Below are positions 51,590 through 62,211 of a stretch of 64,000 nucleotides of DNA, piece after piece. Position 1 is the first letter of the stretch, and every line of letters begins with the position of its first letter. The position numbers and the translations under genes are program-made. The DNA is from Hyaloraphidium curvatum SAG 235-1 (taxonomy: Eukaryota; Fungi; Monoblepharomycota). The stretch covers positions 507,849 to 571,848 of the forward strand of contig JAIVFI010000032.1 in the NCBI GenBank assembly GCA_025558095.1, given 5' to 3'. The notes under the pieces were generated by a model. That model was not told where the DNA came from. It saw only the letters and a list, made by a program, of their open reading frames with translations, and did no database searches.

Positions 51590-52170
51590 ATTTGGTCTGT
51601 CTGGTCTGGTCTACTCTGGTCTTTCCGTGGGCGTCGCAATACACGAGATACATCGATGCCACTAGGTTATCGCGCCAAAGTGCTTGTGTCCGCCGTCAAT
51701 TCCTTTCCGTGAAGTCCACTTCGCCATCGCCGCTTGGCGATTCAGAGCTCCGGATTGGGGTTCTTCTCGCGCACCTTCAGGGCTTAAGCCACGAAGGACG
51801 CTACCCATCTCCAGATCCGGGGAGGCAGGCGTTCATCCTCCAGCATTGTCGAAGGATCCTGGCACGTCGTCTTGAACAGGGGGGGGGACCAAGTGCGCCC
51901 CGCCGTCGCTAGGCGGTCGACGAGGACCGCCCGCAAAGCATCCACGTGCGTGCACTCGAAGAGCAGGTGCAGCTCGTCGTCCACGACACGCTCATCCGTG
52001 CCACCAATCCTCCATCCACAATTGCATACTCGCTTGCATCGGCACAGCGGAGCCGCGGAGCCGTCGGGGTGTCGTTCGCGCCGACCATCTCTGCTGTGTG
52101 ATCGCGCTATCGTTTTCACGGCGCGTAGCGCGCGCCTTTCGCCGCTTCGAAGCCGGGCGACGCCGTCCAT
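51590..52170 (-). mobile_element. Non-LTR retrotransposon 3' remnant (zf-RVT/CCHC knuckle) with (ACCAG)n-like tail
   Basis: RVCNCG...DDELHLLFEC..V.ALR motif; CTGGT repeats at 51593-51622 lie 3' of it on the minus strand. Confidence 0.6.
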
Positions 52171-52221
52171 CCCTCCAAATCCCGCTGACCTTGCTCATTA
52201 CGTATTGGGACCGGTGGCACA

Positions 52222-53448
52222 ATGGCGGACGAAGCGCCCACGCTCCTGTTCAAGGGTCTGAAGGTCATTGACTTTGCGACCTACATTGCGGGCCCGGCGT
52301 GCGCCACCATCTTCTCGGACCTCGGCGCCGACGTGATACGCATCGAGCCCCCCGAAGGCGACCTCTACCGCTACTTCTGGCCGACCGGCTCGTTCCCGTA
52401 CGAGTTTGGGGCCCGCAACAAGCGCTCCCTCGCGCTCGACATGAAGCACCCCGAAGCGCGCGAGGCGCTGTACAAGCTGGTCGCCGGTGCCGACGTCTTT
52501 ATTACAAACCAGCTGCCCGAGGCCCGCAAGCGGCTGGGCATCGAGTACGCCAACCTCGCCAAGCTCAACCCCCGGCTCATCTACGCGTCCATCTCGGCGT
52601 ACGGCGAGGTCGGCCCCGAGGCCGGCAAGAGCGGCTTCGACGCCACGGCCTTCTGGGCGCGCTCGGCCCTCATGGACCTCGTGCGGGCCACTCCCGACAC
52701 CGAGCCTGCGTCGAGCATGCCTGGCCAGGGCGACCACCCGACCGCCGTTTCGCTCTTCGCGGCCGTGCTCCTCGCCCTGTACCGCCGGCAGCTCACCGGC
52801 AGGGGCGGCCTCGCGCGCACCTCGCTGATGGCCAACGGGCTGTGGGCCAACGCCGCCTTTCTGCAGGGCAAGCTCTCGGGCCACGACTTCACCGGCGAGC
52901 TGCCCTACCCGCCCCGCTCCCAGACCGACCGCCCGCTGGCCAACATCTATCGCTGCGGATGCGGAACCTGGCTGTTCCTCGCCATCCTCAACCAGCGGCA
53001 GTTCGCCGCGGCCTTTGCCGCGCTCGGCCGGCCCGACCTGGCGACGGACCCGAAGTTCGCCACCGAAGAGGCGCAGAAGGAGAACTGCGTCGAGCTGGTC
53101 GCCCTCCTGGACGAGATTTTTGCCTCGCAGGACCGACAGCACTGGCGCGCCGCGCTCGATGCCGCGGGGGTCACCTTCACCATCATCAACACGATGGACG
53201 ACGTTGTGGCGGACCCGCAGCCGCGCGCCGCGGGGATCGTGGTCAAGAGAGAGGACGGGGTCGAAACCATCAATTCCCCTTTCGAGGTGGAGGGGGTGGC
53301 CAAGATCAGGTTCAGGCGGGCGGCGGCGGTCGGGGAGCACACTGTGGAGGTGCTCCGGGAGCTGGGTTACGGGCCGGACAGGATCGCGGCGATGATCGAG
53401 CGCAAGATTGCGATGCAGGGCCAGAAGGGCGAGGCCGCGAAGCTGTAG
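52222..53448 (+). CDS. CoA-transferase family III (CaiB/BaiF), copy 2
   Basis: 408 aa, same length as and highly similar to 44273-45499. Confidence 0.93.
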   Translation: MADEAPTLLFKGLKVIDFATYIAGPACATIFSDLGADVIRIEPPEGDLYRYFWPTGSFPYEFGARNKRSLALDMKHPEAREALYKLVAGADVFITNQLPEARKRLGIEYANLAKLNPRLIYASISAYGEVGPEAGKSGFDATAFWARSALMDLVRATPDTEPASSMPGQGDHPTAVSLFAAVLLALYRRQLTGRGGLARTSLMANGLWANAAFLQGKLSGHDFTGELPYPPRSQTDRPLANIYRCGCGTWLFLAILNQRQFAAAFAALGRPDLATDPKFATEEAQKENCVELVALLDEIFASQDRQHWRAALDAAGVTFTIINTMDDVVADPQPRAAGIVVKREDGVETINSPFEVEGVAKIRFRRAAAVGEHTVEVLRELGYGPDRIAAMIERKIAMQGQKGEAAKL

Positions 53449-53525
53449 GCGCGACGCGGGGGCACGTGCCACTCTAGACGTAATCGAGACTGCGTCTGTT
53501 GCCGCCATTGCCCATCATGCATCCC

Positions 53526-54232
53526 CTAGTAGCCCGCCGGCAAGCCCGCCATCTGCATGGCCGCCGCGTCGTTCCACACCTTGGTCATCTTGGTGACCTT
53601 GCCGTCGGCGTCGTAGCCGACGATGTAGACGTACTGCGAGGCCAGGGGCTTGTTCGTGGGCTGCCGGAGGGGCGAGGCGACGGGGCAACGCGGGAGGACG
53701 CCGACCGCAGGCGAGTGAGTGGGAGAGAGGGCATCGGCGCAGGTGGAAAGGACGAGTTCAGCATCACCCGCAGGCACGGGAGGAGGGAAAGCGACCCACG
53801 GGGTGCGTCCCCTTGAAGGTCGCGTAGAACAGCGCCTCCTTCTTCCCCTCGTCCAGCACGAAGTTGTGCATGTCGTACCCGCCCCCGGGTGCGAACCCCG
53901 TGGCGATGCCGGTCATCCAGTCGGCGTAGGCCAGGACGTCGGTGACGCCCTCGAGGCCCTTGGCCTGGCAGTCGAACTTGGCGCCCTCGGCGACGTACGG
54001 AGCGCAGGCCTTGCCGCCCTTGCCGGTTTCGCAGGCTGCACGCGGGAAAGTGGGTGGAATGAACCGCGATTCGCGTGGAGCGGTCGGAGGTCGGGCGACC
54101 CGTCGCCGTGGCGTCGTGGGAGACACGGGTGAGGCAGGAGGGGGAGGGGAGCGCGTCAGGGGCCGCGGGGCGCCTGCATCGCGGCCGCCCACCGTCAAAA
54201 AACTTCATGAGGGTGTCCTTGACAGGCGACAT
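53526..54232 (-). CDS. SnoaL-like / NTF2-fold protein
   Basis: FFD|ACETGKG, YADWM.G, F.GTH, YVYI...DGKVTKMTKVWND; introns present. Confidence 0.75.
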
Positions 54233-54688
54233 TGCGTGCTCAGGGTAGGGAGGCGGTAGAGCGGGGCGGTCGAAGTTGGAAGTTTTCGCGATAAGCAGTA
54301 CAGCAGCGCCGCCCTCGATCGACGTCACTACGGCCACCTGGACACGGCCATCTTCGATCGGCTCCTCTTTTGGTGTCGTATCCTCCTATACATAGCTACT
54401 CCCACGTACCTCGACTGCTCCGCGGGCCGGGGCCATTTCCGCGCTCGGTGCCTCGCCACATAGCAGTCGCCCTTCCGACGAGGCAATCGACGGATGGCCC
54501 CCCGGACATCGGAGGTGAGGTGTCACCAGTCCCGCGATGGAGATGGGCCACCTCGGTTTGATTTCGCTCGGGGGACGGAACGGCTGCGCAGCAGTTCAGG
54601 CGGGCGGGCGGGCCATCCCGCGTTCCCGCCGCACCTCCTCCTCCTTCGCCGCCCCCATCTCCCGCCCCATCCATCGCCCATACCCGCG

Positions 54689-55576
54689 ATGCGCGTGCAA
54701 GTCAACGGCGTCCGCCTCTTCTGCGACACGGTCGGCGGCCAGCTCGAGCCCTCGGGGCGCACGATGCGCGAGCGGCCCGCCCTGGTGGTGCTGCACGGAG
54801 GCCCGGGCCTCGACCACACCGCGCTGCGGCCAGACATGGACGCGCTCGCCGACGTTGCACAGGTCATATATGTCGATCACCGGGGCCACGGGCGGTCGGA
54901 CCGCGGGGACCCCTCGGGGTGGACCCTGGCGCAGTGGGCCGACGACGTGCGCGGGCTCTGCGACGCCCTGGGGCTCGTCAGGCCCGTCGTGATGGGTCAC
55001 TCGTTCGGCGGCATGGTCGCACAGGCCTACGCCGCACGGCACCCGGGCCACGCGGGGGGGGTGGTCTTTGCCGGCACCTCCGGGCGGCGCTCGCTGCAAC
55101 GGATGCTGGCCATGTTCGAGAAGCTGGGCGGGAAGCCGGTCCGCGACGCCGCCGAGCGCTTCTGGACCTCGCCCTCCCCGGAATCCGCGGCCGAGTACGT
55201 CGCGCTGGCGTACTCGCTGTACAACCCCACCTCGCGCGACCCCGACGCCTCGGCCCGCGGGATCCAGAACCCCGACGTGCTCTTCCAATTTGCCGCCGGG
55301 GAGATGCCCGCCATGGACCTGCTCCCGGGGCTGGCCAACGTGCGATGCCCCGCGCTGGTGATTGGCGGCGAGCTCGACCCGGTGTGCCCGATCCAGGACC
55401 AGGAGGACATCCTGGCGGCGCTGCCCAAGGGGCTCGCGAGGCTCGAGAGGTTCGGGGGGTGCGGGCATTCGGTGTGGAGGGATGCGCCGGAGCGTTTCTA
55501 TGGGGTGATGAGGGAGTTTGTGCGGGGCGTTGGCGAGGCCAACGCCCAGGCCGCCGGCGAGGCGCCCCGCCTCTGA
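54689..55576 (+). CDS. Alpha/beta hydrolase (proline iminopeptidase-like), intronless
   Basis: LHGGPG, DHRGHGRS, GHSFGG nucleophile elbow, GELD, CGH. Confidence 0.9.
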   Translation: MRVQVNGVRLFCDTVGGQLEPSGRTMRERPALVVLHGGPGLDHTALRPDMDALADVAQVIYVDHRGHGRSDRGDPSGWTLAQWADDVRGLCDALGLVRPVVMGHSFGGMVAQAYAARHPGHAGGVVFAGTSGRRSLQRMLAMFEKLGGKPVRDAAERFWTSPSPESAAEYVALAYSLYNPTSRDPDASARGIQNPDVLFQFAAGEMPAMDLLPGLANVRCPALVIGGELDPVCPIQDQEDILAALPKGLARLERFGGCGHSVWRDAPERFYGVMREFVRGVGEANAQAAGEAPRL

Positions 55577-55664
55577 TGGGGACGACGATGGAAGGACCGG
55601 GGAAAATGTGTGGGGAGGCATGTTGTTATCACGGGTACGCCATCGTGCACCCTCCGGACGGCAA

Positions 55665-56687
55665 TCACGTCCAGCTGTGCGCCCGGATGCCCAGCCTGCG
55701 CAGCTGCCCGAACACGTCGTACGACGCCCGCAGCGGCGGGCACTTGACGACGTGGCAGCTCCACGTCTTTGCCATGGGCATCCAGTCCGCGTGGTGCTCG
55801 TAGTACACCTCGTCGACCAGCGCGGCCAGCTTCGGCGTGGAGGCGAGGTGCGCGACGATCTCGTCCTCCAGCCCGGGGCTGTCGATGTCCACCTTGAGCA
55901 CCACGTGGTCCTCGGGCGCCGCCTCGGCCAGCACGGCGTTGAAGACGCTGAACAGGCCGTTGGACTCCTTCTCCACGGGGACGTTGTAGAACTGCACGCG
56001 CGGCCGCATGTCCTCGGGCACCCCGCGGAAAAAGGCGACCGGGTCTGTGCGCGTCGCTTCCCATAGGAACATCCGGGCAAAGCCCAGGCCGCCGCGGCGG
56101 TAGACCGCGTGGAAGAACGACGGAGACGCGCCGCCGATGCCCTCTGCCCACGCGCCTGCGCCGAGATCGAAGAAGAGCGAGCGCGGTGCCGGCTCGCGGG
56201 GATCGCCGCGGCGCTCGGGGAGGAGGAACTCCCTGTTCCACGCCTCGGGGAAGGAGCGGCACACGTGCGGGTGGCGCAGGCCACCGACGAGGGGCTCGAC
56301 GTAGCGCGCCTCGAGGCCGTGCGGTGTCCGGTAGACCATCTTGGACAGCAAGGGATCTTCGGCGTCGTCGGCGGCCCGCAGCGGCAGCTTCCCGGCGCGG
56401 ATAGCGGCGGCCCGCGCGAGGAACGCGTCGGCGCGCTGCTGCTCCTCCGGCAGCCCCAGGCGGGCGCAGACGTCCGTCAACGAATTGCCCCCCCGCACGT
56501 GCGCGTCCCAGTCCCGCTCCCACGCCGAGGGCACGTAGCGCTCGAACGTCCGCGCGACGGGTCTGCCGGTGCCCGGTCCGCTGCCCGCCACGCCATCGGC
56601 CCCGCCGGCGCCGCCCCCGCGAGAAAATGCCCAGACGGAGGTGGCCGCAAGCAGCAGGGTGATCGCGGTGGCCGCCTGGCGCCGCAT
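55665..56687 (-). CDS. Secreted/type II FkbM-like SAM methyltransferase-fold protein
   Basis: Signal or anchor segment; FFDLGAG, LWEA, VVLKVDID, VDEVYYEHH, LRRLGIRAHSW. Confidence 0.7.
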   Translation of the reverse strand: MRRQAATAITLLLAATSVWAFSRGGGAGGADGVAGSGPGTGRPVARTFERYVPSAWERDWDAHVRGGNSLTDVCARLGLPEEQQRADAFLARAAAIRAGKLPLRAADDAEDPLLSKMVYRTPHGLEARYVEPLVGGLRHPHVCRSFPEAWNREFLLPERRGDPREPAPRSLFFDLGAGAWAEGIGGASPSFFHAVYRRGGLGFARMFLWEATRTDPVAFFRGVPEDMRPRVQFYNVPVEKESNGLFSVFNAVLAEAAPEDHVVLKVDIDSPGLEDEIVAHLASTPKLAALVDEVYYEHHADWMPMAKTWSCHVVKCPPLRASYDVFGQLRRLGIRAHSWT

Positions 56688-56798
56688 CGTCGGCCCTCTG
56701 CGCGGCGAAGGGAATGGTTGCACGCTTCCCGACATCGATATCCGCGCAGGTACCGGGTGTGTGATGACGAGCTAGCCATCCAGGTACCGGGAGTATCA

Positions 56799-58393
56799 AT
56801 GTCGGAGGCCGTGCGGGATTCCACCGCCGGGGAGGCGGGCCCCGAGGAGGCTGCCGGCCCCCGGCGGCGGCCCAACGCGCCGGCCGCCCTGTGCGACCAG
56901 GCGCCGGGCTTCGACTTCTCCGAGGCCGAATGGCTCGCCCTCCTGCCGACGCCCCCCCCTCCCCGGTGCCTGGATTTCGCCCCGCCGGCGCCCGGGGACC
57001 CTGCTGCAGCCGCCCGCACGGCCGCCCCGCTCACCCCGAAGACCCTCGTCGCCGCCATCGCGCCGCTCAGCACGCACCTCGCCGTGTGGCTGCGTGTGCA
57101 GCTCGCGCTCGCCCCCGTTAACCGCGGCCGGCTGCTGCTCCGCTTCGCCCCCGCAGTCGTCTGCTTCTTCCTGGTCGCGGGCCTCACAGCCGCCCTGGCT
57201 CCGCCTGCGACCGATCCGCGCGCACTCGCCTGGGGCACCGCGGGAGCCCTCGTGTATCTGATTGGCTACGTTTGGACCATCGTGCGCCCTGCTTACCGTG
57301 CCTCGTACACGTCAACCCCCCCGCCCTCGGCATCGGACCTCGGGGCCCACGTCATCGCCCCCCTCGCGCGGTGGCGCCAGCTCGTCGTCTCCGACCCCGG
57401 CGCCCCGCTCGTGGCCCACCGCGACGGCGACCCCATGTGCACGTGCCCGCGGGACTCGTGCTCGGGCCCCGTCGCATCCCGCGCCGGGCTCTTCCGCTTC
57501 GCCGACGTCTGGTTGCGCCTGGCCCCCGCGACGCTCCTCTTTGTGTTTTTCGCCTACTCCCTCATGGCCTCACTCGGCTCGCGGTTCTGGGGCTCCTGGT
57601 GGGGCGTGATCCTCGGCGCCGTCTACTGGCTCGGCTTCCTCATCTCGACGGTGGTCGGTGCCATCGGCCGGCAGACGTCCTCGTTCCCCGTCATGGCCCT
57701 TACGGAGCGGCTTCAGCGCCGAGCCGCTGTGCTCGCTGTTGGGGACCTTGTCGAGGGCATGTACTCCCGTGCAAAACTCGGCAGCGCGGCTCCGAGTCCT
57801 CCGGACTTTGTCGCCAGCCGCGAGTCGCTCTATGTCCGGCTTTACCTTCTCCTCTCGGGCACCTGGGAGAACCGCATGGTGGCTCTCTGGACTGCCTCGG
57901 ATACGTTCACGTACATTTTCGTCGCCGCACTCACCTCCATAGTCATGAACCTGGTGGGTGTGGCTGCACTCATCGTGCGCCGCCCAAGCTCACTCTCGTC
58001 CCGTGCCAGATCGGCGGGCTGTGCATCCCCGCGTACACCATCTGCCTCATCTCCTTTTTCCTCGTCCTCTTCTTCCTCGACCTCGCCAGCATCGCCGCCG
58101 GCAACGCCCAGATCTCCACCGTCGCGGGCGCCTACGCGGCCGGGCGGCAGTCCCTCCTCCGCATCTCCCTCCTCGCCCCGCACCTGGCCGCGGACCTGGA
58201 GCCGCACGCCCGCGCGTTGGCGGACCTCGCATCCGTGAGCCGCCACGAGACACGGTTCTGGGGCATGGCGGTGGGGTTCGGCGCGCTGAGGACCGTCGCG
58301 GCGACGCTCTTCACGCTGGGCGTGGGGCTGTGGAGCGTGCTCAGGGGGACGGGGGTGTACGTGACGCCGGAGCTGTTCTGCGGGTGGGGGTGA
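56799..58393 (+). CDS. GRL/DUF3537-like multi-pass membrane protein (paralog 2)
   Basis: About 7 hydrophobic segments; DPMCTCP..SC loop; one intron near 57953-58009; C-terminal TRFWGMAVGFGALRTVAATLFTLGVGLWSVLR. Confidence 0.75.
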
Positions 58394-58628
58394 GCGGGGT
58401 CGCGAAGGGCTTGGCCCCCGGCCTACGACTTCGAAGTTCCCCGAAGCCTCGAAAACCGGCGACTGCCGCACCTAGTGCCAGAACGTGATCTCCGCGACGT
58501 GTCCTGAAGTGCATATGCAACCCGTTCGGCGCGACGCTCCTTCGCATAGACCTCCCTGAACGCCTCGACCTAGTCCCAATAAGGAGCCGCAAGGGAATTC
58601 CCCTGCTGCACCCAACCTCACGAAGCGG

Positions 58629-60332
58629 ATGCTCCAGCGGCCGCGGCGGACATGGCCGACCCTCGCGCTGCTCTGCCTTGCCGCGGCGCTGCTGCGTTCG
58701 GCGGCGACGCGGCCTGGCCCCGCCCCGGACGCATTCAGCGGCCGCGCGCGCTGCCTCCTGTTTGCGCGCGTGTCGGGCCCCGGCAACGGCCTCAGCAACC
58801 AGCTGACCTCGATCTTGCGGACCGCCGCCGTCGCGCTTCGCCTGGGGTGCCGCGTGCTGCCCGTCAACATCGGCCCGCACGGGGCCGCCGCCGCGCACAT
58901 CCCGCTGGAAACGTACTTTGACGCCGGACGCGTCTTTGCCGACCCCTCGGACCCCGACGACGCCGCATGGATTTTGGGCGTGTTGGCAAGAACTGCAGAG
59001 GGGGCAGGGGTCCCTCTCCCGGAGCCCGGCGGCCCCCTGGACCGCGCGCGCCAGTCCATCGACCCGAACGCGAACCCCCTCCCGCTCGCCCTGCCTTGCC
59101 TCATCGATCCGGCTTCCGTCGGCGACTCTCGCTCGAACGCCACCCAGCCGTTCCGCTGCTCGAGCTTCCTCGTGCTCGAGGAGTGGCTGACGCACCCGGC
59201 GCCCGGCATGGAGGACCGCCCGCCGACCGGCATCGCGGCGCGGGCGCTTTGGGCGGCCACGGAGGGCGCCCTCCTCGGGATCCCGGCGCCCTACAATCTG
59301 AACGTGAGCTGTGGGCTGGAGCTGGCTGCGATTCCGACTCTGCGACCCCGGGACGAGCTGCTGCGGGCGGCAAAGTGGCTGCTCTGGAACGCCGTCCTCC
59401 CCGGGCGTTCCGCCTCCGCCTCCGAGGCAAGCAACCGTCTCAACACGACGACATCGATGCCGGGGCTTTCGGACCCCGCATACGATAGCTACCCCGGCCT
59501 CGGCCCAGCAGGCGCACCGCCCGTCCTCGTCACGGCCCACATCCGCGCTTCCGTGGACCATCAGGTCGTGTGCCGTCACTGGATGCGCTTCCCATTGTGC
59601 GGAACGACCGCCATCAAGTCGTCGCGGTTCCTCGTCTCCCGGCTGCGCGAGCTCGGCTGCTCGCGCGGTCCCCCCATTCTCCTCCTTGCGGGCGAAACCC
59701 TCGGCAACCCCGCGTTCCAGGACCGTCCGGACGCCACCGCCGTCCGCCACGCCCTCGCGGAGCTCTCCTCCAACCCCTGCCCCCCCGCCGTGCTCTACAC
59801 CGGCCGCGACCTGGCCCCGTTGTACCCCGCCGTCCTGTCGCACCCCTCGCTCCGCTTCGCGGTTCCGCAGGCCGCCGCCGGCTCCGCGCACGGGCACATC
59901 GCCGCCGTGCTTTTGGATCAGATGCTGCTCGCGTGCGGGGATTACGTCGGGGCGGGAGAGCGGGGCGGGGGCGGGGGCGGCTTCTTCCAGACCCGCGGGT
60001 CGTTCGTCTCCGCCCGCGCGTGGGCGCTGGGCACCACGGTCGGTGCCGAAGTGTGCCTGCCCGCCGGATACGCCCCGCCCGTGGCTCCGCCCCTGCCGAC
60101 TGCGGACGAGCTCGCCGCCGAGGCTGCCGAGGTTCGGTCCGCGGGGGCGGATTTCGTCAGGCTCTTTTCGGCGCCGGGGAACGCCCGCCGGAGGACGCTG
60201 CGGCCGGGGGAGGCGGCGTCGGGGTGCTCGGCGAGGGGTAGGTTCCTGCCCTCGCTGACGTTTGCGGAGAGGGACGCGCTGCCGGACGAGGCGGCGGCTT
60301 GTCCAAACTGCTACCAGAAGGAGCGCTGGTAA
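58629..60332 (+). CDS. O-fucosyltransferase-like (GT-B) protein, paralog 1
   Basis: Signal anchor; GLSNQ, VTAHIR, LLLAGE, AVLLDQMLLACGDY...GSF motifs, as in POFUT/FUT8/NodZ-type enzymes. Confidence 0.7.
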   Translation: MLQRPRRTWPTLALLCLAAALLRSAATRPGPAPDAFSGRARCLLFARVSGPGNGLSNQLTSILRTAAVALRLGCRVLPVNIGPHGAAAAHIPLETYFDAGRVFADPSDPDDAAWILGVLARTAEGAGVPLPEPGGPLDRARQSIDPNANPLPLALPCLIDPASVGDSRSNATQPFRCSSFLVLEEWLTHPAPGMEDRPPTGIAARALWAATEGALLGIPAPYNLNVSCGLELAAIPTLRPRDELLRAAKWLLWNAVLPGRSASASEASNRLNTTTSMPGLSDPAYDSYPGLGPAGAPPVLVTAHIRASVDHQVVCRHWMRFPLCGTTAIKSSRFLVSRLRELGCSRGPPILLLAGETLGNPAFQDRPDATAVRHALAELSSNPCPPAVLYTGRDLAPLYPAVLSHPSLRFAVPQAAAGSAHGHIAAVLLDQMLLACGDYVGAGERGGGGGGFFQTRGSFVSARAWALGTTVGAEVCLPAGYAPPVAPPLPTADELAAEAAEVRSAGADFVRLFSAPGNARRRTLRPGEAASGCSARGRFLPSLTFAERDALPDEAAACPNCYQKERW

Positions 60333-60522
60333 GCGTGAGCGTGGTATTGGGACGCGCGCGGCTCTCCAGCTCGTGCATTGGCAACCCCGGACGAGGCCGG
60401 CGAAGGATAGGACGGCGTGTAATTGGGGAGCTAGCTATGCAGGCGTGGGCGGGGTCCTTCCGCCACCGGCCGATCCCCTGTTTTCCGCCCGCCCCTTCCG
60501 CCTTTTCGTCGCGCCGGCTTCC

Positions 60523-62211
60523 ATGCCGAGGTGCACCCCGCGGAGGACCGCCCGCTCCGCAGCGGGGCTGGTGGTCGCCACTTTCCTGCTCGCGTGGCTC
60601 CCGGGCGTGCCGGAGGGCCGGACCGCGCCGGCCCCGCCGTGCTTCCTCTTCGCGGACCCGCTCGGCACGTACATGGTCTCGAGCCAGGTGCTCTCGATCT
60701 CGCGCGTCGTCGGCCTCGCGCGGGCACTCGGCTGCAAGGTGCTGCCGCCCTTTCTGTCGCTGGGGCCGCACTCGGAGGGCGACGCGAACTGGGCAAACGG
60801 GACCATCCCGCTCGGCGCCTACTTTTCCAGGGAGGGCGGGGCGTCGGACGCGTTCGCCGACTTTGCCGACGCGTCGCAGATGTTGGTGCTCGCGAGGGCC
60901 GTGGCCGCCGCCCGCGGGAAGCCGGAACCCGAGCCCCCGCCCAACCTGCGCGCGGACCGCACCGCGCTCTCGCTGCACCAGTCGCGCAATGAGAGGCCGC
61001 TTGCCTTGCCATGCCTCGTGGGCAGCCACTCGCTGGGCGACGCACGCGTGGCGCGCCGGACGCAGCCTTTTTCCTGCAAGGAGCTCGTCGTGCTGGAGCG
61101 GTGGGCGACGCACCCCAGACCGCAGCCGTCCCCTGAGCTGGGGCGCTTCCGCCGCAGCCTCGCCGGGAGGCTCCTCGCCGTGCCGCAGCCCTTCATGCTG
61201 GACCTGGATTGCGCGCTCGAGGCAGCCGGCAGCGCGGAGCTGCCGTCGCGGATCGAGCTGCTGCGGGCCGCAAAGTGGCTGCTTTGGAACGCGATCCTGG
61301 CACCCGACGTCGCGTCGCTGGCGGTCCCGGGGGACGACTCGCGCGTTGTCGACGCCGTGAGGGCCAAGCTTGCCGCGGCGCGGGAGATCCCGCCCCTCGA
61401 CTCCCCCGCCTACGCCTCGTACCCCGTCCCCTCACCGGTGCTCGTCACGGCACACGTGCGTTCGGCACGGAACCACGTGCAGTTCTGCGCGCACCGCATG
61501 CGCTTCCCGCTCTGTGCCACGGACGACAGCGCTGCCGCCCACGCGCTCGCCGACCTCGCCCGCAGGGTACCGCGGCCCACGGCGATGTTTCTCGCGGGGG
61601 ACAAGCTGATCGGCGTGCCGGGATGGGGCCGATCCACCGAGGTGCTCGACGCGCTGGATGGCATCCCTTTGGAGGAACGACCGGCGGTGTTTTCAGCGCG
61701 CGCCTTCGGGGAGCTGTACCGCGCCGTGCTCTCCCATCCCTCGCTCGCATTCACCGATCACTCGCACCTTCTCGCGCTGCACGGCACGGGTGCGGAGCAG
61801 GCGCACTGGGCCATGGTGGCAATCGCCATGGACCAGATCCTGCTGGGTTGTGGGGACCTCCTCCGGGGTGGGCTGCACCAGACGTACTGGAGCACGTTCT
61901 CGATGCGCTCGCGGGCCAGCGGGCAGGCCGTTGGCGCCGCGGTGTGCCTTCCGTCCGATTATCCCGCACCGCGGATCGACACCGCCGTCACCCGGGCCGA
62001 GCGCGACGCGGAGGCGGCCCAGCTATCTGCCGCCGGCGTCGACTTTTCTTTGGAGCACGAGCACCGGGGCACCAAGCGGCGCACGCTCGGACCTGAGGAG
62101 TGGGCGATGGGGTGCATGCGCAAAGGGCGGTTCCTCCCGAGCCTGGGGTTCGCCGAGAGGCTGGCTAGCAACGAGACGTGCCGGTTCTGTGGGGGAACGG
62201 GGAGGTGGTAG
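60523..62211 (+). CDS. O-fucosyltransferase-like (GT-B) protein, paralog 2
   Basis: Tandem paralog: SSQ, VTAHVR, MFLAGD, AIAMDQILLGCGD...STFS. Confidence 0.7.
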   Translation: MPRCTPRRTARSAAGLVVATFLLAWLPGVPEGRTAPAPPCFLFADPLGTYMVSSQVLSISRVVGLARALGCKVLPPFLSLGPHSEGDANWANGTIPLGAYFSREGGASDAFADFADASQMLVLARAVAAARGKPEPEPPPNLRADRTALSLHQSRNERPLALPCLVGSHSLGDARVARRTQPFSCKELVVLERWATHPRPQPSPELGRFRRSLAGRLLAVPQPFMLDLDCALEAAGSAELPSRIELLRAAKWLLWNAILAPDVASLAVPGDDSRVVDAVRAKLAAAREIPPLDSPAYASYPVPSPVLVTAHVRSARNHVQFCAHRMRFPLCATDDSAAAHALADLARRVPRPTAMFLAGDKLIGVPGWGRSTEVLDALDGIPLEERPAVFSARAFGELYRAVLSHPSLAFTDHSHLLALHGTGAEQAHWAMVAIAMDQILLGCGDLLRGGLHQTYWSTFSMRSRASGQAVGAAVCLPSDYPAPRIDTAVTRAERDAEAAQLSAAGVDFSLEHEHRGTKRRTLGPEEWAMGCMRKGRFLPSLGFAERLASNETCRFCGGTGRW

